Positions 32,910 to 42,293 of a DNA stretch of 64,000 bases are shown in pieces. This DNA comes from a virus (Duplodnaviria > Caudoviricetes). How positions within the stretch are numbered: position 1 is the first letter of the stretch; each line of letters opens with the position of its first letter. A program made the position numbers and the translations under genes. The DNA is taken from the IMG/VR virus record IMGVR_UViG_3300028833_000053; one strand, 5' to 3'. Under the pieces are notes generated by a model. It was not told the origin of the DNA and did no database searches. It worked only from the letters and a program-made list of their open reading frames with translations.

Positions 32910-34078
32910 GTCATTAGCCTCTTTCGGACGTCGGTTATGACCTTCCCCATGAGGTTCTGACCCCTCCAGTTAGATGAATTCAAAATACCCTCGTCCTTTA
33001 TTCCCATCTTTATGCCCCAAATCCCATCAACTGGAGATGCCTCAACAAAGGTCTTTCCATCAAGTTCCGGGTCAAGCAGCTTCTTTCTGTGGTAGCCACA
33101 CTGCTGAAACCTCGCCAAATTGACTTCAAACATGATATTGTAGCGGACTTCATTCCACTTCTCATCGTCATAGCCCTTGACTTCCCTGCCAAGATGTTTG
33201 CACACCAGGGGGTCGTCATCTTCGTCAAGTATCTTCTGGGCGGTTTCCTCGTCGCCAAAGAACTTCGCCTTTGCCCACATGAAAGCCTGCTCGGTGCAGA
33301 AGAACTCATGCCTTTCGCCATTGAACGTCCAGAGGAACTTGCACCTTGCGAAATTGGACATGAAGCTGCCAAAGAAGAACACGTAGTTGTCAGTCACGCG
33401 ATAGCCATACTCGTACATCTTGTCCATCTTCTGCGGAGGGTCTTTGGACATTGGAGTTTTTCCCAATTCACGAAGTTCATTGAACTTCGCAAGGCGTTCT
33501 TCCCTTGTCCCATAAATGTCACGTTCCACGTTTCCTTTCAAAATGCCAGCATCTTCCAAAGATGCGATCACCTTCTTGAACAAACCATCAATCTCCTTGC
33601 GGTACTCGGCGTCCGTATCCCTGAACTTGTCATCAACTACTTTCACATTTGAGCAGTTGTCAAGGTCAAGGAACACGATTTTGTCGTAGCGTCCCATTTC
33701 CGCACAAAGCCTATCATACATCCCACACAAATCCTCGTACCTGATGTCCCCCAAAAGCCCATGTTGCCAAAGATATGTGGTATAGACATAAGCATCTAAC
33801 GGGGTTCGATCTGTCAAGTAGTTTCCATCTGGCATCTCGTCAATAATGTCAAGCTGCTCAACAAGGGTGTCGAAGATGATGTTTTGGCTTTCCCAATTCC
33901 CGTTCCTGTTTATCTTAAGTCCCTTTTCCTCAATCTTCTTTCGGTAGTCGCAACCAACGGTCTTGAACTCGTTTTCAGTTCCCTTGAACCTTTCAACAAT
34001 GTCCTTGATGAACGTGGACTTTCCAGTGTTTTGCGTCCCAACGACGCCGACGATGAATTTTCCTTCTTGCTTGCTCAT
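32882..34078 (-). CDS. P-loop AAA_28/NadR-like kinase fused to a NADAR domain
   Basis: GTQNTGKST and DRTPLD; NADAR SNF...EQAFMWAKA.FFGD, LGREV, VEASP.D.IWGI, GQNLMG. Confidence 0.85.
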   Translation of the reverse strand: MSKQEGKFIVGVVGTQNTGKSTFIKDIVERFKGTENEFKTVGCDYRKKIEEKGLKINRNGNWESQNIIFDTLVEQLDIIDEMPDGNYLTDRTPLDAYVYTTYLWQHGLLGDIRYEDLCGMYDRLCAEMGRYDKIVFLDLDNCSNVKVVDDKFRDTDAEYRKEIDGLFKKVIASLEDAGILKGNVERDIYGTREERLAKFNELRELGKTPMSKDPPQKMDKMYEYGYRVTDNYVFFFGSFMSNFARCKFLWTFNGERHEFFCTEQAFMWAKAKFFGDEETAQKILDEDDDPLVCKHLGREVKGYDDEKWNEVRYNIMFEVNLARFQQCGYHRKKLLDPELDGKTFVEASPVDGIWGIKMGIKDEGILNSSNWRGQNLMGKVITDVRKRLMTLQNDDNLV

Positions 34079-34176
34079 GATGAATTTCCTTTTCATACAA
34101 TTATACACAATGATAAAATGGTAAATATCAACAGGCTAAAAACGAGAAGAAAACCTGTATAAAAGGATAATGAAAT

Positions 34177-34584
34177 ATGAAAGAAAGCAAAAACGTCATA
34201 ACATACGGGACATTTGACTTGTTCCACGTTGGGCATCTCAGGCTTCTGAAAAGATGCAAGGAATTGTGCGGCCCAAATGGAAAGTTGACGGTTGTTGTCT
34301 CCTCTGACAGGTTCAATTGGGTGGAAAAGCAGAAGAAATGCGTCATTCCAGACTATCAGCGAATGGAAATAGTGGCCGCGATAAAATACGTTGACAAGGT
34401 TCTTCTTGAAGAGTCCTGGGAACAGAAGGAAAAAGACATCGTGGAAAACAACATAGACATCTTCGTTATGGGAAACGATTGGGAAGGGAAATTCGACAAC
34501 CTCAAGAAACTTTGCCAAGTTGTATACCTTCCAAGAACGGAGGGAATCTCATCATCGCAATTAAAATAGACAATCCATCAATGA
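34177..34584 (+). CDS. tagD: Glycerol-3-phosphate cytidylyltransferase (TAG near the 3' end)
   Basis: TYGTFDLFHVGH, MGNDWEGKFD, YLPRTEGISS; late motif at 34120-34127. Confidence 0.9.
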
Positions 34585-34636
34585 TGTTGATCATACGAAC
34601 ATAAACTTGTCAATCTTCGGCAATTTTCCATTCATG

Positions 34637-35092
34637 TCAGATTCCCTTGTTTGCCCGTTTTGCTCCAGATACCCGTTCCAGATATTCTGAATATCCCTTC
34701 TTCCAGTTCTCCAATGGCTCGTCCTTGTGGCGGTTGTAGAACTCCATCATCCACCTTTTCGTCAGGTAAATCCTGTCATAGTGACGCAAAGGGTTTTCAA
34801 AATACGTTGACGGTGATAAATAGAAGTCACGTTCCTCAACACTCTCAATGTTGTGTTCAAGGTATCGGCGCTGCTCCCAGTATTTCATGTTTTCAATGAG
34901 TTTAGCCCCTAGTTGATACCCAGGACACCCACATCCACCTGTGTCGCCATACTGTCCGCCCTGCAATACATAATATCTGTCAGTGCGGATGTCCTCAAAC
35001 CAGTCATCCTGTTCCGCCGATTTGCCTATCAATGGCAATACCCCAATAGCGGCTATTGCGCCTATGAAATTCCGTCTTGTTGTCTTTTCCAT
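34637..35092 (-). CDS. Twin-arginine-signal protein, paralogue B
   Basis: MEKTTRRNFIG + hydrophobic stretch; DIR.DRYY.L.GGQY.DTGG.GCPG. Confidence 0.75.
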   Translation of the reverse strand: MEKTTRRNFIGAIAAIGVLPLIGKSAEQDDWFEDIRTDRYYVLQGGQYGDTGGCGCPGYQLGAKLIENMKYWEQRRYLEHNIESVEERDFYLSPSTYFENPLRHYDRIYLTKRWMMEFYNRHKDEPLENWKKGYSEYLERVSGAKRANKGI

Positions 35093-35112
35093 GTAAATCC
35101 CCTCGTAGGCAA

Positions 35113-35544
35113 TTATACTTTCTGGATGGACTTCAGATACTGGTCGTATTTCCTCTCCCAGTCCTCTTTCGTCTCGTTCTTGTGAAGGTTGTAGAACTTC
35201 ATGAGCCAATCTCGCTTCAACTGAATTTTACCAAACTGCTTCGCGTTGTCTGGACCGAAATACCCAGACACTTCAAGGTAGAAACCTTTGCCCTCAACAT
35301 TGTCTATCCATCTGTCAAGCATGTTGTAGCACTTCTGCAAATCCATTTCCTTGACAGTCCCAATTCCCAGTTCAACTCCAGGGCATCCAATTCCACCCGT
35401 ATCCTTGTATTGTCCGCCCTTGAGGATGTAGTATCGGTCAACGCGGATGTCCTGAAACTCGTCCTTCTTGGTTGCTGAACCAATGGCTGGCACTGCAATC
35501 ACGCCAACCAATGTCCCTATGAAATTCCTTCTTGTTGTCATCAT
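35113..35544 (-). CDS. Twin-arginine-signal protein, paralogue A
   Basis: MMTTRRNFIG + hydrophobic stretch; same core motif as paralogue B. Confidence 0.75.
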   Translation of the reverse strand: MMTTRRNFIGTLVGVIAVPAIGSATKKDEFQDIRVDRYYILKGGQYKDTGGIGCPGVELGIGTVKEMDLQKCYNMLDRWIDNVEGKGFYLEVSGYFGPDNAKQFGKIQLKRDWLMKFYNLHKNETKEDWERKYDQYLKSIQKV

Positions 35545-35578
35545 CTTGTGTAATCTCCTTGTAGGCAATTATATCCTA

Positions 35579-35767
35579 TTAGTGGATAAGCCTGTTGTAG
35601 TCGCTGTCTGAAAGATTGCTGAGCCAGTCTCTTGCTTCGTCTATCCGTCTCTGAAGTCCAGTTGGGATTGGCTTTCCCCGCCTCGTCAGCATTTCATGTT
35701 CAATCGCGGAAGACATCCAATTGTCGAATCCAGTATCAAAGTCATCGTTGGTTTTCTTCATTGGCAT
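35579..35767 (-). CDS. Hypothetical protein
   Basis: AAGGAG RBS; 62 aa. Confidence 0.55.
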   Translation of the reverse strand: MPMKKTNDDFDTGFDNWMSSAIEHEMLTRRGKPIPTGLQRRIDEARDWLSNLSDSDYNRLIH

Positions 35768-35963
35768 TCTCCTTCAAATAGTCATAGTAGTTCTTCGCAT
35801 CCAATGGATTGTCAAGCAATCCATATCTTGTCCTGCAATCTTCCGGTGGTTTCCACCCAATGTCCTTTCCAACAAAGCATACTGGAACATCTTCTGGCTT
35901 AATGTAGATAACCCTCGGTTCACTTGACGTCCGCCATTCCTTGATTGTCCATTCATCGTCCAT
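35742..35963 (-). CDS. Hypothetical protein
   Basis: GGAGG RBS; tight operon packing. Confidence 0.55.
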   Translation of the reverse strand: MDDEWTIKEWRTSSEPRVIYIKPEDVPVCFVGKDIGWKPPEDCRTRYGLLDNPLDAKNYYDYLKENANEENQR

Positions 35964-35966
35964 ACA

Positions 35967-36767
35967 TCAACCCTCCAGCCATTTGTTGTCAATGACGTAG
36001 AACAGAATCAACGCAATTATTGTTAGGGGAATCCAACCCACCCAGAACAAGACATACGGCCAGAGCATATCCGTCCCTGTTTTCCTGTAGTCCTCGATGC
36101 CCATTCCAACAAGCGAGGCGTTCCCGACAAAACTCTTGTTGCGAAGGTCCGCGAATATGGTTGCCGTGAAACCGTCCTTCATGGTGTAGACAACATCGCG
36201 CTCGTTTTTGAACAAGCCGCCGCCAACCACAGTCTCCTCTTCGTGTGCGCAACCATAGTTGAACTTGCCATAGGGGAATTCCGAGCCACAGAACACCACC
36301 CTCGGCGAATTCGTAGTTGAAGTCCTTACGGTGTCCCATGACCAATAGGTTTCCGTCCTGTGGTGGACATGGGGCCGTCCCTTTGAATCGTATGTGGTGT
36401 ATGTCACAACCCTTGTGTGCATCTGATACCTCTGATGCCTGACGTGGATTCTGAGATACTCCCCCTTCACCAACTTGCTTGTCACGGGAGTCACCGCAAA
36501 CAGCTTTCCACGCACAAAGGCGTGTCCAACGTCAGTGTCCATCGCATGACGGAACTCACTCTCGCTTTGGATTGCCACCGCCTGACGGTACTTCAAGGTG
36601 ACATCATCAACCTTCTTGTCGATTGCGGAGTAGACAAGAAAGCCAATGAACGAGAAGATTCCAACAATTAGCAGGGAGAACAGGACTTCACGCAACGTGA
36701 TTTCCCAGTCAATGCAGTCAATCAAAACGATTGGCTTTTTCTTCTTGTCGTTATTGCAATATCCCAT
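35967..36767 (-). CDS. Two-TM membrane protein in the LemA operon
   Basis: N- and C-terminal hydrophobic helices flanking a soluble domain. Confidence 0.75.
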   Translation of the reverse strand: MGYCNNDKKKKPIVLIDCIDWEITLREVLFSLLIVGIFSFIGFLVYSAIDKKVDDVTLKYRQAVAIQSESEFRHAMDTDVGHAFVRGKLFAVTPVTSKLVKGEYLRIHVRHQRYQMHTRVVTYTTYDSKGRPHVHHRTETYWSWDTVRTSTTNSPRVVFCGSEFPYGKFNYGCAHEEETVVGGGLFKNERDVVYTMKDGFTATIFADLRNKSFVGNASLVGMGIEDYRKTGTDMLWPYVLFWVGWIPLTIIALILFYVIDNKWLEG

Positions 36768-36778
36768 ATCCTCTCACC

Positions 36779-37273
36779 TCATTGATACATGTCTGGAATT
36801 CCATTCAAATCAATTTCCGAATCCAGATTCAGTTTGGACTCGCCCTTCTCAACCCAGGTATTTCCAACCTTGTCAACAAGTTCCCAATGCTTCTTCTCAA
36901 TGTAGAACTCATGCCTGATTTCAGCAAGTCTGTCCAAGAACCTACGCTTCACAAGGTTCATGTCCTTGGTCTTGACATGGAGGTTGAAGCAGTCTGTCCT
37001 CTGACCATCTTCCCCAATCACGGATTCAAGCGCGATTGACACAAGTTTCCTTGGGATGTTCCATGCGGACGCAATCGTGTTGTGGTTGGAGCGGCGCAGT
37101 TCATCACGCGAAAATGGGTCAGCATACCCCCAAAACCCATCGTCATCCAGAACCAGGTTGAGGTATGAACTGACCAACTGCGCGTACAGTTCCTCAAGGG
37201 TGGATGCAGAAGTCCATCCAAATTCACGGACGACTTCTGCATCAAGCGCGTCTATGTCAATCGTAGATGCCAT
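36779..37273 (-). CDS. Hypothetical protein
   Basis: TAATG coupling with lemA. Confidence 0.7.
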   Translation of the reverse strand: MASTIDIDALDAEVVREFGWTSASTLEELYAQLVSSYLNLVLDDDGFWGYADPFSRDELRRSNHNTIASAWNIPRKLVSIALESVIGEDGQRTDCFNLHVKTKDMNLVKRRFLDRLAEIRHEFYIEKKHWELVDKVGNTWVEKGESKLNLDSEIDLNGIPDMYQ

Positions 37274-37815
37274 TAGAACAATTCAAGTGGCTTGGTGTCG
37301 CGCTGGGAGACTTCCGCCTCGTACATATCGTACTGCTTCACAACATACCCGGTGAGGGAGAGGAAGAAGGACGTGGGGAACTTGCGGCAATGGTAGCGGT
37401 AGTCGCGCACGGACTCGTTGTAGGCTTTCTTGTGCTGCGCCAGAGTGTTCTCGGTGATGGAGATGTCGTTCATCAAGTGCTGATAGTTCTTCTGGGACTT
37501 CAGCTCAGGATAACGCTCCTCAACACGGGAGAAAGCGGCGATGCACTGCTTGGCTTCCGTTCCGCTCATGTTCTTTCCACGGGCTTCAATGACCTTGACG
37601 AGCGTGTTGTACTCATGCTCATCGTACTTCTTGACGCAGGCCGCAAGCTCGTGGAGCTTGTTGAACCTGTTTGAGAGCTGAACGTCAATTCCGGACTTGG
37701 CGGTATTGACCTGCTCTTCAAGGTTGATGGCTCCGTTCTTGCTGGACATGACCATGCAGAGAGCCATTAGACCAATGCCGACGATTGCGGCGAGTGTTAT
37801 TAGTGCTGCTTTCAT
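37273..37815 (-). CDS. lemA: LemA family protein
   Basis: N-terminal TM, IDVQL..R, ERYPELKS..NY..LM, TEN, YNESV.DY, FP. Confidence 0.9.
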   Translation of the reverse strand: MKAALITLAAIVGIGLMALCMVMSSKNGAINLEEQVNTAKSGIDVQLSNRFNKLHELAACVKKYDEHEYNTLVKVIEARGKNMSGTEAKQCIAAFSRVEERYPELKSQKNYQHLMNDISITENTLAQHKKAYNESVRDYRYHCRKFPTSFFLSLTGYVVKQYDMYEAEVSQRDTKPLELF

Positions 37816-37842
37816 TTTTGTTTTTCTCCTGTTGTTTGTTCA

Positions 37843-38286
37843 TCAATAAGAATAGCGGTTGCCCTTTTTCAGATTGCACGGAGCGCAGAGCATCTGCAGG
37901 TTGTCGAACGTAGTAGTTCCACCCTTGGAATAGGGAACGATGTGGTCTCCGTGCATTTCATTGAATTCAAAATGCTTCTTGCAATGGGGACAAATCCCGG
38001 CCTGTTCACTGTATTTCCTCATGCGCATTTCCTTTGAGAAGTACCTGGGTTGGGGATTCTTCACCGTGGGAGTTGCCTTGCAAGGGCAAGATTCGTAGTG
38101 GATTACGGAAACACCTGCGCTTGTACGCGAACGCACTTCAAGGTATTGATGTCCATCGGACTCAAACACAACGTGGTCGTAGCCGTCCCATGACCAACTC
38201 TTGATTATCCTTGCTGGCGAGTATGTGGTTTGGGCAAACGCCCAACCAATGAACAGCAATGACACTGCCATCAGGACTTTCTTCAT
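37843..38286 (-). CDS. Signal-peptide-bearing HNH endonuclease
   Basis: MKKVLMAVSLLFIGWAFA-Q signal; CPHC...DHIVPYSKGG...NLQMLCAPCN. Confidence 0.75.
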   Translation of the reverse strand: MKKVLMAVSLLFIGWAFAQTTYSPARIIKSWSWDGYDHVVFESDGHQYLEVRSRTSAGVSVIHYESCPCKATPTVKNPQPRYFSKEMRMRKYSEQAGICPHCKKHFEFNEMHGDHIVPYSKGGTTTFDNLQMLCAPCNLKKGNRYSY

Positions 38287-38468
38287 TTCAGGTTCCTCCA
38301 TTCACGTATGATGTTTCCAATCTCAAACAGACGTTCCAGGGTTTCCTTTCCACCCGGAAATGCTATCGTTGTTGAAGTACCGTCAATGTGGAACTCCGGT
38401 CTGTTGCAAACGTTGATTTCCCTTGACAGGACTTCCTCAATGCGTTCAATGCACTCTTCCGCCGTCAT
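38283..38468 (-). CDS. Hypothetical protein
   Basis: ATGA overlaps at both ends. Confidence 0.55.
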   Translation of the reverse strand: MTAEECIERIEEVLSREINVCNRPEFHIDGTSTTIAFPGGKETLERLFEIGNIIREWRNLK

Positions 38469-38701
38469 TCGCCACCTCCATTTGAGTATGCGCCCTGTGA
38501 AGGTACGCACATTCCCTTCAACTTGGCAGCTTCCGCTTCCATCGCAGCCTCAAGGTGGTCAATGCAGTTCTCGCAAAGCTCCCAGGTCTTGACAATGTTC
38601 TTGTAGCCAGTCCAGTCCCTGATTTCCCTATAGCACTTGTGCAGATGTTCAAGGGAAACCTCCATCCCACAGCAGTCGCATACGTATATCGTCTTCGTCA
38701 T
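38465..38701 (-). CDS. Small zinc-finger protein
   Basis: CDCCG...LCENC. Confidence 0.65.
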   Translation of the reverse strand: MTKTIYVCDCCGMEVSLEHLHKCYREIRDWTGYKNIVKTWELCENCIDHLEAAMEAEAAKLKGMCVPSQGAYSNGGGE

Positions 38702-38967
38702 TTCCAGTAATCCTCCTCTTCATCAAAGTCCTCTGGTGGTTCTGGCTTCGCGGTGCCATTGACCTTTGCAATCTTGTAATACTCCCTTGCGAATCCATCC
38801 ACGGCGATCCTCGTTTTGGTGAAATGCGTCACCGTTCCAATCTTCAATGGAAACTTCCTGCTCTCGGAATCAACATAGTACACTATGTCCCCAACTTCAA
38901 GCTTGTTTCCAAACGCATCTTCCGTGACTTGAGGCTTGACATTCTTCATTTCAGCTCTCCTCGTCAT
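38698..38967 (-). CDS. KOW/SH3-like small protein (D.FGN.LE.GD.VYY)
   Basis: Clear paralogue of the adjacent gene; start may be 38949. Confidence 0.65.
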   Translation of the reverse strand: MTRRAEMKNVKPQVTEDAFGNKLEVGDIVYYVDSESRKFPLKIGTVTHFTKTRIAVDGFAREYYKIAKVNGTAKPEPPEDFDEEEDYWK

Positions 38968-39209
38968 AGTTCTGGTCTTGCAGTTCCATTCACCTTCGCA
39001 AGTCTGTCATAGTCACGCGCTATGCCATCTACTCCAACTTTCCATTTGGTGAAATGCGTGACAAAACCCATTCTGAGTTCATTGTATGTCTTATTGGTGT
39101 AGAGGTAGTACACCACATCCCCGATTTCAAGATGATTCCCGAACTTGTCCCTCTTATTGTGGAATTTGGGTTCAGTGTGCTTGAACTTGTCGTTTCTGCG
39201 CGGGTCCAT
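38964..39209 (-). CDS. KOW/SH3-like small protein paralogue
   Basis: DKFGNHLEIGDVVYY...VTHFTK...AKVNGTA.PE. Confidence 0.65.
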   Translation of the reverse strand: MDPRRNDKFKHTEPKFHNKRDKFGNHLEIGDVVYYLYTNKTYNELRMGFVTHFTKWKVGVDGIARDYDRLAKVNGTARPEL

Positions 39210-39221
39210 TTCAGTTCTCCT

Positions 39222-39506
39222 TCAAGGTTTGTGGTTTATGAGTTTGTCCCTTGTGATTCCCTTTGCCTTGATGGAATAGCAGTTCCTTGCCGGAAACCAA
39301 GTAACGCCAACCCCAATCGGGACGAAATCCCGCTTGCGGACATCAGAAACCACGTTGGAAATGGCGTTCTCAATCTCATCCGGTTTCGCCACTTCAACTT
39401 TCGCGTAATAGTCCCACCCCATGTCCTCCGGTGCGTTGATGATCAACCACACCAAAAATGACACAAGCAGCACAATGAAAACAACCCAGGCTATTATCTT
39501 TCCCAT
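39222..39506 (-). CDS. Membrane-anchored hypothetical protein
   Basis: N-terminal TM; strong RBS. Confidence 0.65.
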   Translation of the reverse strand: MGKIIAWVVFIVLLVSFLVWLIINAPEDMGWDYYAKVEVAKPDEIENAISNVVSDVRKRDFVPIGVGVTWFPARNCYSIKAKGITRDKLINHKP

Positions 39507-39507
39507 T

Positions 39508-39732
39508 TCAGTTCTCCTTTGCCTTGTAGAATTTTCCATATAGGAAATCAGATGCAAAATACACAATCCCTGCAACAATGGTAAGCGGCCACACCACGCC
39601 AAAAAGGATGCAACGAAACGCATCCCCAATTTCAAATCGTTCCCATTTGACCCTCATGATGATGGCAGATATGATGGTGACGACAATTGGCATTACCGTG
39701 TACATCAATGTACTTAAGATATTGCTGTCCAT
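39508..39732 (-). CDS. Small two-TM membrane protein
   Basis: Two hydrophobic segments; strong RBS. Confidence 0.65.
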   Translation of the reverse strand: MDSNILSTLMYTVMPIVVTIISAIIMRVKWERFEIGDAFRCILFGVVWPLTIVAGIVYFASDFLYGKFYKAKEN

Positions 39733-39763
39733 TTCAGTTCTCCTTGATGTTCTCAACGCCTAC

Positions 39764-39792
39764 AGTATACCACATTTCGTGATCAAAGTCAA
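39764..39792 (-). promoter_or_regulatory. Early sigma70-type promoter
   Basis: TTGACT-17-TATACT with TG extension, followed by GTAGGCGTT. Confidence 0.7.
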
Positions 39793-40976
39793 GTACCCTA
39801 CAAAAGAAATGATAAGCACCTTTTAAGTACATCTTCTGAATTCTCGTTCCAGTCTTTCTACCATACAACAAATACCTTATAACCGTATTCTGTTTCAATT
39901 GCCTTGTTCCTGGCTTCGTCCCATTGCCAAACATCTTTCGCTAATTTCGTTGTCTTCCCAGGCATGTGAATAATGCTATCTGACTCGTAAACCAGAGGAT
40001 TAGCGTGCCAATAGTCTCCGTTGAACTCAATTATCCTTCCGGTTGTCTCGTCAAAGAAATCAAAGAACACATATTTGTCAATCTCATGAAGATACTTACC
40101 GAACTCCTTGGGATGTCCATCAAACCAAACCTTATGTGAATTCAATTCTTCATTCTCCATCAGCTTGTTGAACAGTTCCATCGCAACATTGGATTGTCCG
40201 AACTGATTATAACGTTCGTTGTAGTATTCCTCATATTTCTGACGGCCCAATTCTTCTCCATATTTCCTAACAAAAGTAGCCAATGTCAGAGCTTTTCCCT
40301 TGCAGGCATTCTCATACACCTCTCGTCCTTTTTCTTCTCCATACTTGTTTATGAACCAATCCAAAGTCTCAAATCCAATATACTTGTCATGAAATTCCTT
40401 GTGCCGTTGTTTCCCTTCTTCTTCACCATACTTCATAATGAAATACTCAAGGGTGCGCTTTCCCCTCATCTGCTTACATCGTTTCTCGTATAACTCCTGA
40501 CCCTTTTCTTTCCCATATTTCCGAATCAGATTATCCAATGATAAACTCGCCCTACTTGCCTTATGTGCATTCCAGATACGCAAACCATCCGCTTTCCCAT
40601 ATTTTGCGATGCACTTTTCCAATGTCAGATAATGAGTCCTTTTCCCGTTTTCATCTGTGTGGTACTTATCCAAAGTAGCTTCGCGTTTCTCATTCTGCTC
40701 TTCCAATAACCCAACAGCAAACAAAGGTTCGTCAGGAAACTGCTTCTTGTAGTCCTGCATGGTCATATCATGCTTCTTCAGATGAGTATTGGAAATGTTT
40801 CTCAACTTCGCTCCACACACTTTGCAGTGGACAAATGTATGAGTCTTGTCATACACAATGCGTTTCTCCTCTTGGTCTTTCAACCATCTTTTCTAACACG
40901 CTGGTGAAAGTCTGATGTGAGAAGCCACACCTTTCTTGTCCTTACATTCCTTACCACAGTATTCACAGTGTTCCAT
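39789..40976 (-). CDS. Homing-endonuclease-like protein (zinc fingers + KYG repeats + Vsr/DUF559-like nuclease; 3 in-frame TAG)
   Basis: CEYCG, CKVCG..HLKKH, five KYG.E.G repeats, FFDF..IIEFNGDYWH, GYKVFVVW*KDW; late motif at 41000-41007. Confidence 0.75.
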
Positions 40977-41063
40977 AATATAATCCTCTCGTCATATATT
41001 ATTTACACAGAAGGTTATGAAAAGTGCGAAGATTATTCACACCTTTCATAACCCTTATTGAAG

Positions 41064-42281
41064 TCAGTGGAAACAAGGACAATGCGCCGCAGTATCCATA
41101 TCCCTGAACTTCTGACCATCTTCCACCCAGAACTTCTGGAAGTTGAAGTCATCGGCCAAGAAGTTAAACCGCTTGAACCCGGGAAGGTGTTCACAGAAGG
41201 AACAGGTGCATCCCTCACCAAATGCGTTGATGTAGAAACTCAGCTTGAACCCCTCACACGGCTCGCAGTACTTCACCAGATAGGGCTTGCCACGTTCGCG
41301 GTAGTATTCCTGAACCATGCCACAAGAGCAGGAGTCAAAGCCATAGCCAATGCCAATCTTCTCGCAACGCTGAATCACGGTGTCAAGGGTCTCAAACGAG
41401 AGGGTGCAAGGCAGCTTGCTTGCACGTCCAACGGGTTTGCAGCGGAGGAACACGATGTTGCGCAGACCTGCCACCTTGCCACTCTCGATGTCGCCAAGCA
41501 CCTCTTCAACAAACGGAAGGTTTGCGTCGGAAAGCACGATGTGCATGTTGCAGAAATGGGGCGAACGCTCGTTGAACCTGTTGATGGTGTTGTAGCAGAG
41601 GTTCTTGTCGGTTTCATAGACGGACACCGCCACACGTCCACAGTACTTGAGGGTAGCCTCAAATATCTCGTCATTGAGATCTGCGCCAGAAAGGGTGTAG
41701 TTGGGAACGATGCCCATGTCCTCGCGCAGCCAACGGAGCATTTCCACGAAATCGGGATTGGTTTGGACGCCCGTGATGCCAATGGCAATCTGTCCAAGGT
41801 TGCGCGGGAACTTGCATACAACCTTCTGGAAGTCAGCCAGGGTTATGTTGGAGGCGGGCTTGTCGGAGTTGTTCTTGTAGCAGAACTTGCAATTCGCGCC
41901 ACCAACACGGGGGCAACCGTTTATGGAAATCTCGAAGTCAAGGATTTCGGGTCCAAGCGGACACCAAGTTGGGTCCGTCTCGGCGTCCTTGCCAAGCCTC
42001 GCGTTGAAGCCAGTGGTCTTGTTGAAAATCTGGAAGTAGTCAAGGTCCGTGTCATTCACCACGAACTTGGCCGATTCAGAATCCACAACAACCCAATGGC
42101 TGTTCTTGCCATCAACCACGATGTCGTACTCGTACACCTTGGCGTTGACCAGCTCGCTCGGCCTGATGTTCAAGAAAGCCTTTGCGTCCGGAATGGTCTT
42201 TGACGCGAAGCACTGCTTGATGTACTGGTTCACGCACTTTTGCGCGGCGGCCAAAGCCTTGTTGTTTTTGATTTCATCCAT
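41064..42281 (-). CDS. Radical SAM protein with atypical Cx7Cx2C motif
   Basis: PEILDFEISINGCPRVGGANCKFCYK, PNYT, GFDSC, C-terminal Cys cluster. Confidence 0.85.
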   Translation of the reverse strand: MDEIKNNKALAAAQKCVNQYIKQCFASKTIPDAKAFLNIRPSELVNAKVYEYDIVVDGKNSHWVVVDSESAKFVVNDTDLDYFQIFNKTTGFNARLGKDAETDPTWCPLGPEILDFEISINGCPRVGGANCKFCYKNNSDKPASNITLADFQKVVCKFPRNLGQIAIGITGVQTNPDFVEMLRWLREDMGIVPNYTLSGADLNDEIFEATLKYCGRVAVSVYETDKNLCYNTINRFNERSPHFCNMHIVLSDANLPFVEEVLGDIESGKVAGLRNIVFLRCKPVGRASKLPCTLSFETLDTVIQRCEKIGIGYGFDSCSCGMVQEYYRERGKPYLVKYCEPCEGFKLSFYINAFGEGCTCSFCEHLPGFKRFNFLADDFNFQKFWVEDGQKFRDMDTAAHCPCFH

Positions 42282-42293
42282 TTCTGTTTCCTT

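Larger units (their letters stand above)
39206..39745 (-). repeat. Three identical 17-bp gene-junction repeats AAGGAGAACTGAAATGG
   Basis: At 39206-39222, 39503-39519 and 39729-39745; degenerate copies near 38947 and 38284. Confidence 0.8.

Noticed and set aside
34100-34127. Late octamer doubling as a -35 box, as at 48901
   Set aside because: Spacing to the -10 is 14 bp, not 17.
41058-42203. Long plus-strand ORFs (also 23636-24550, 27785-28423, 55662-56408)
   Set aside because: Antisense shadows of well-supported minus-strand genes with biased codon use.
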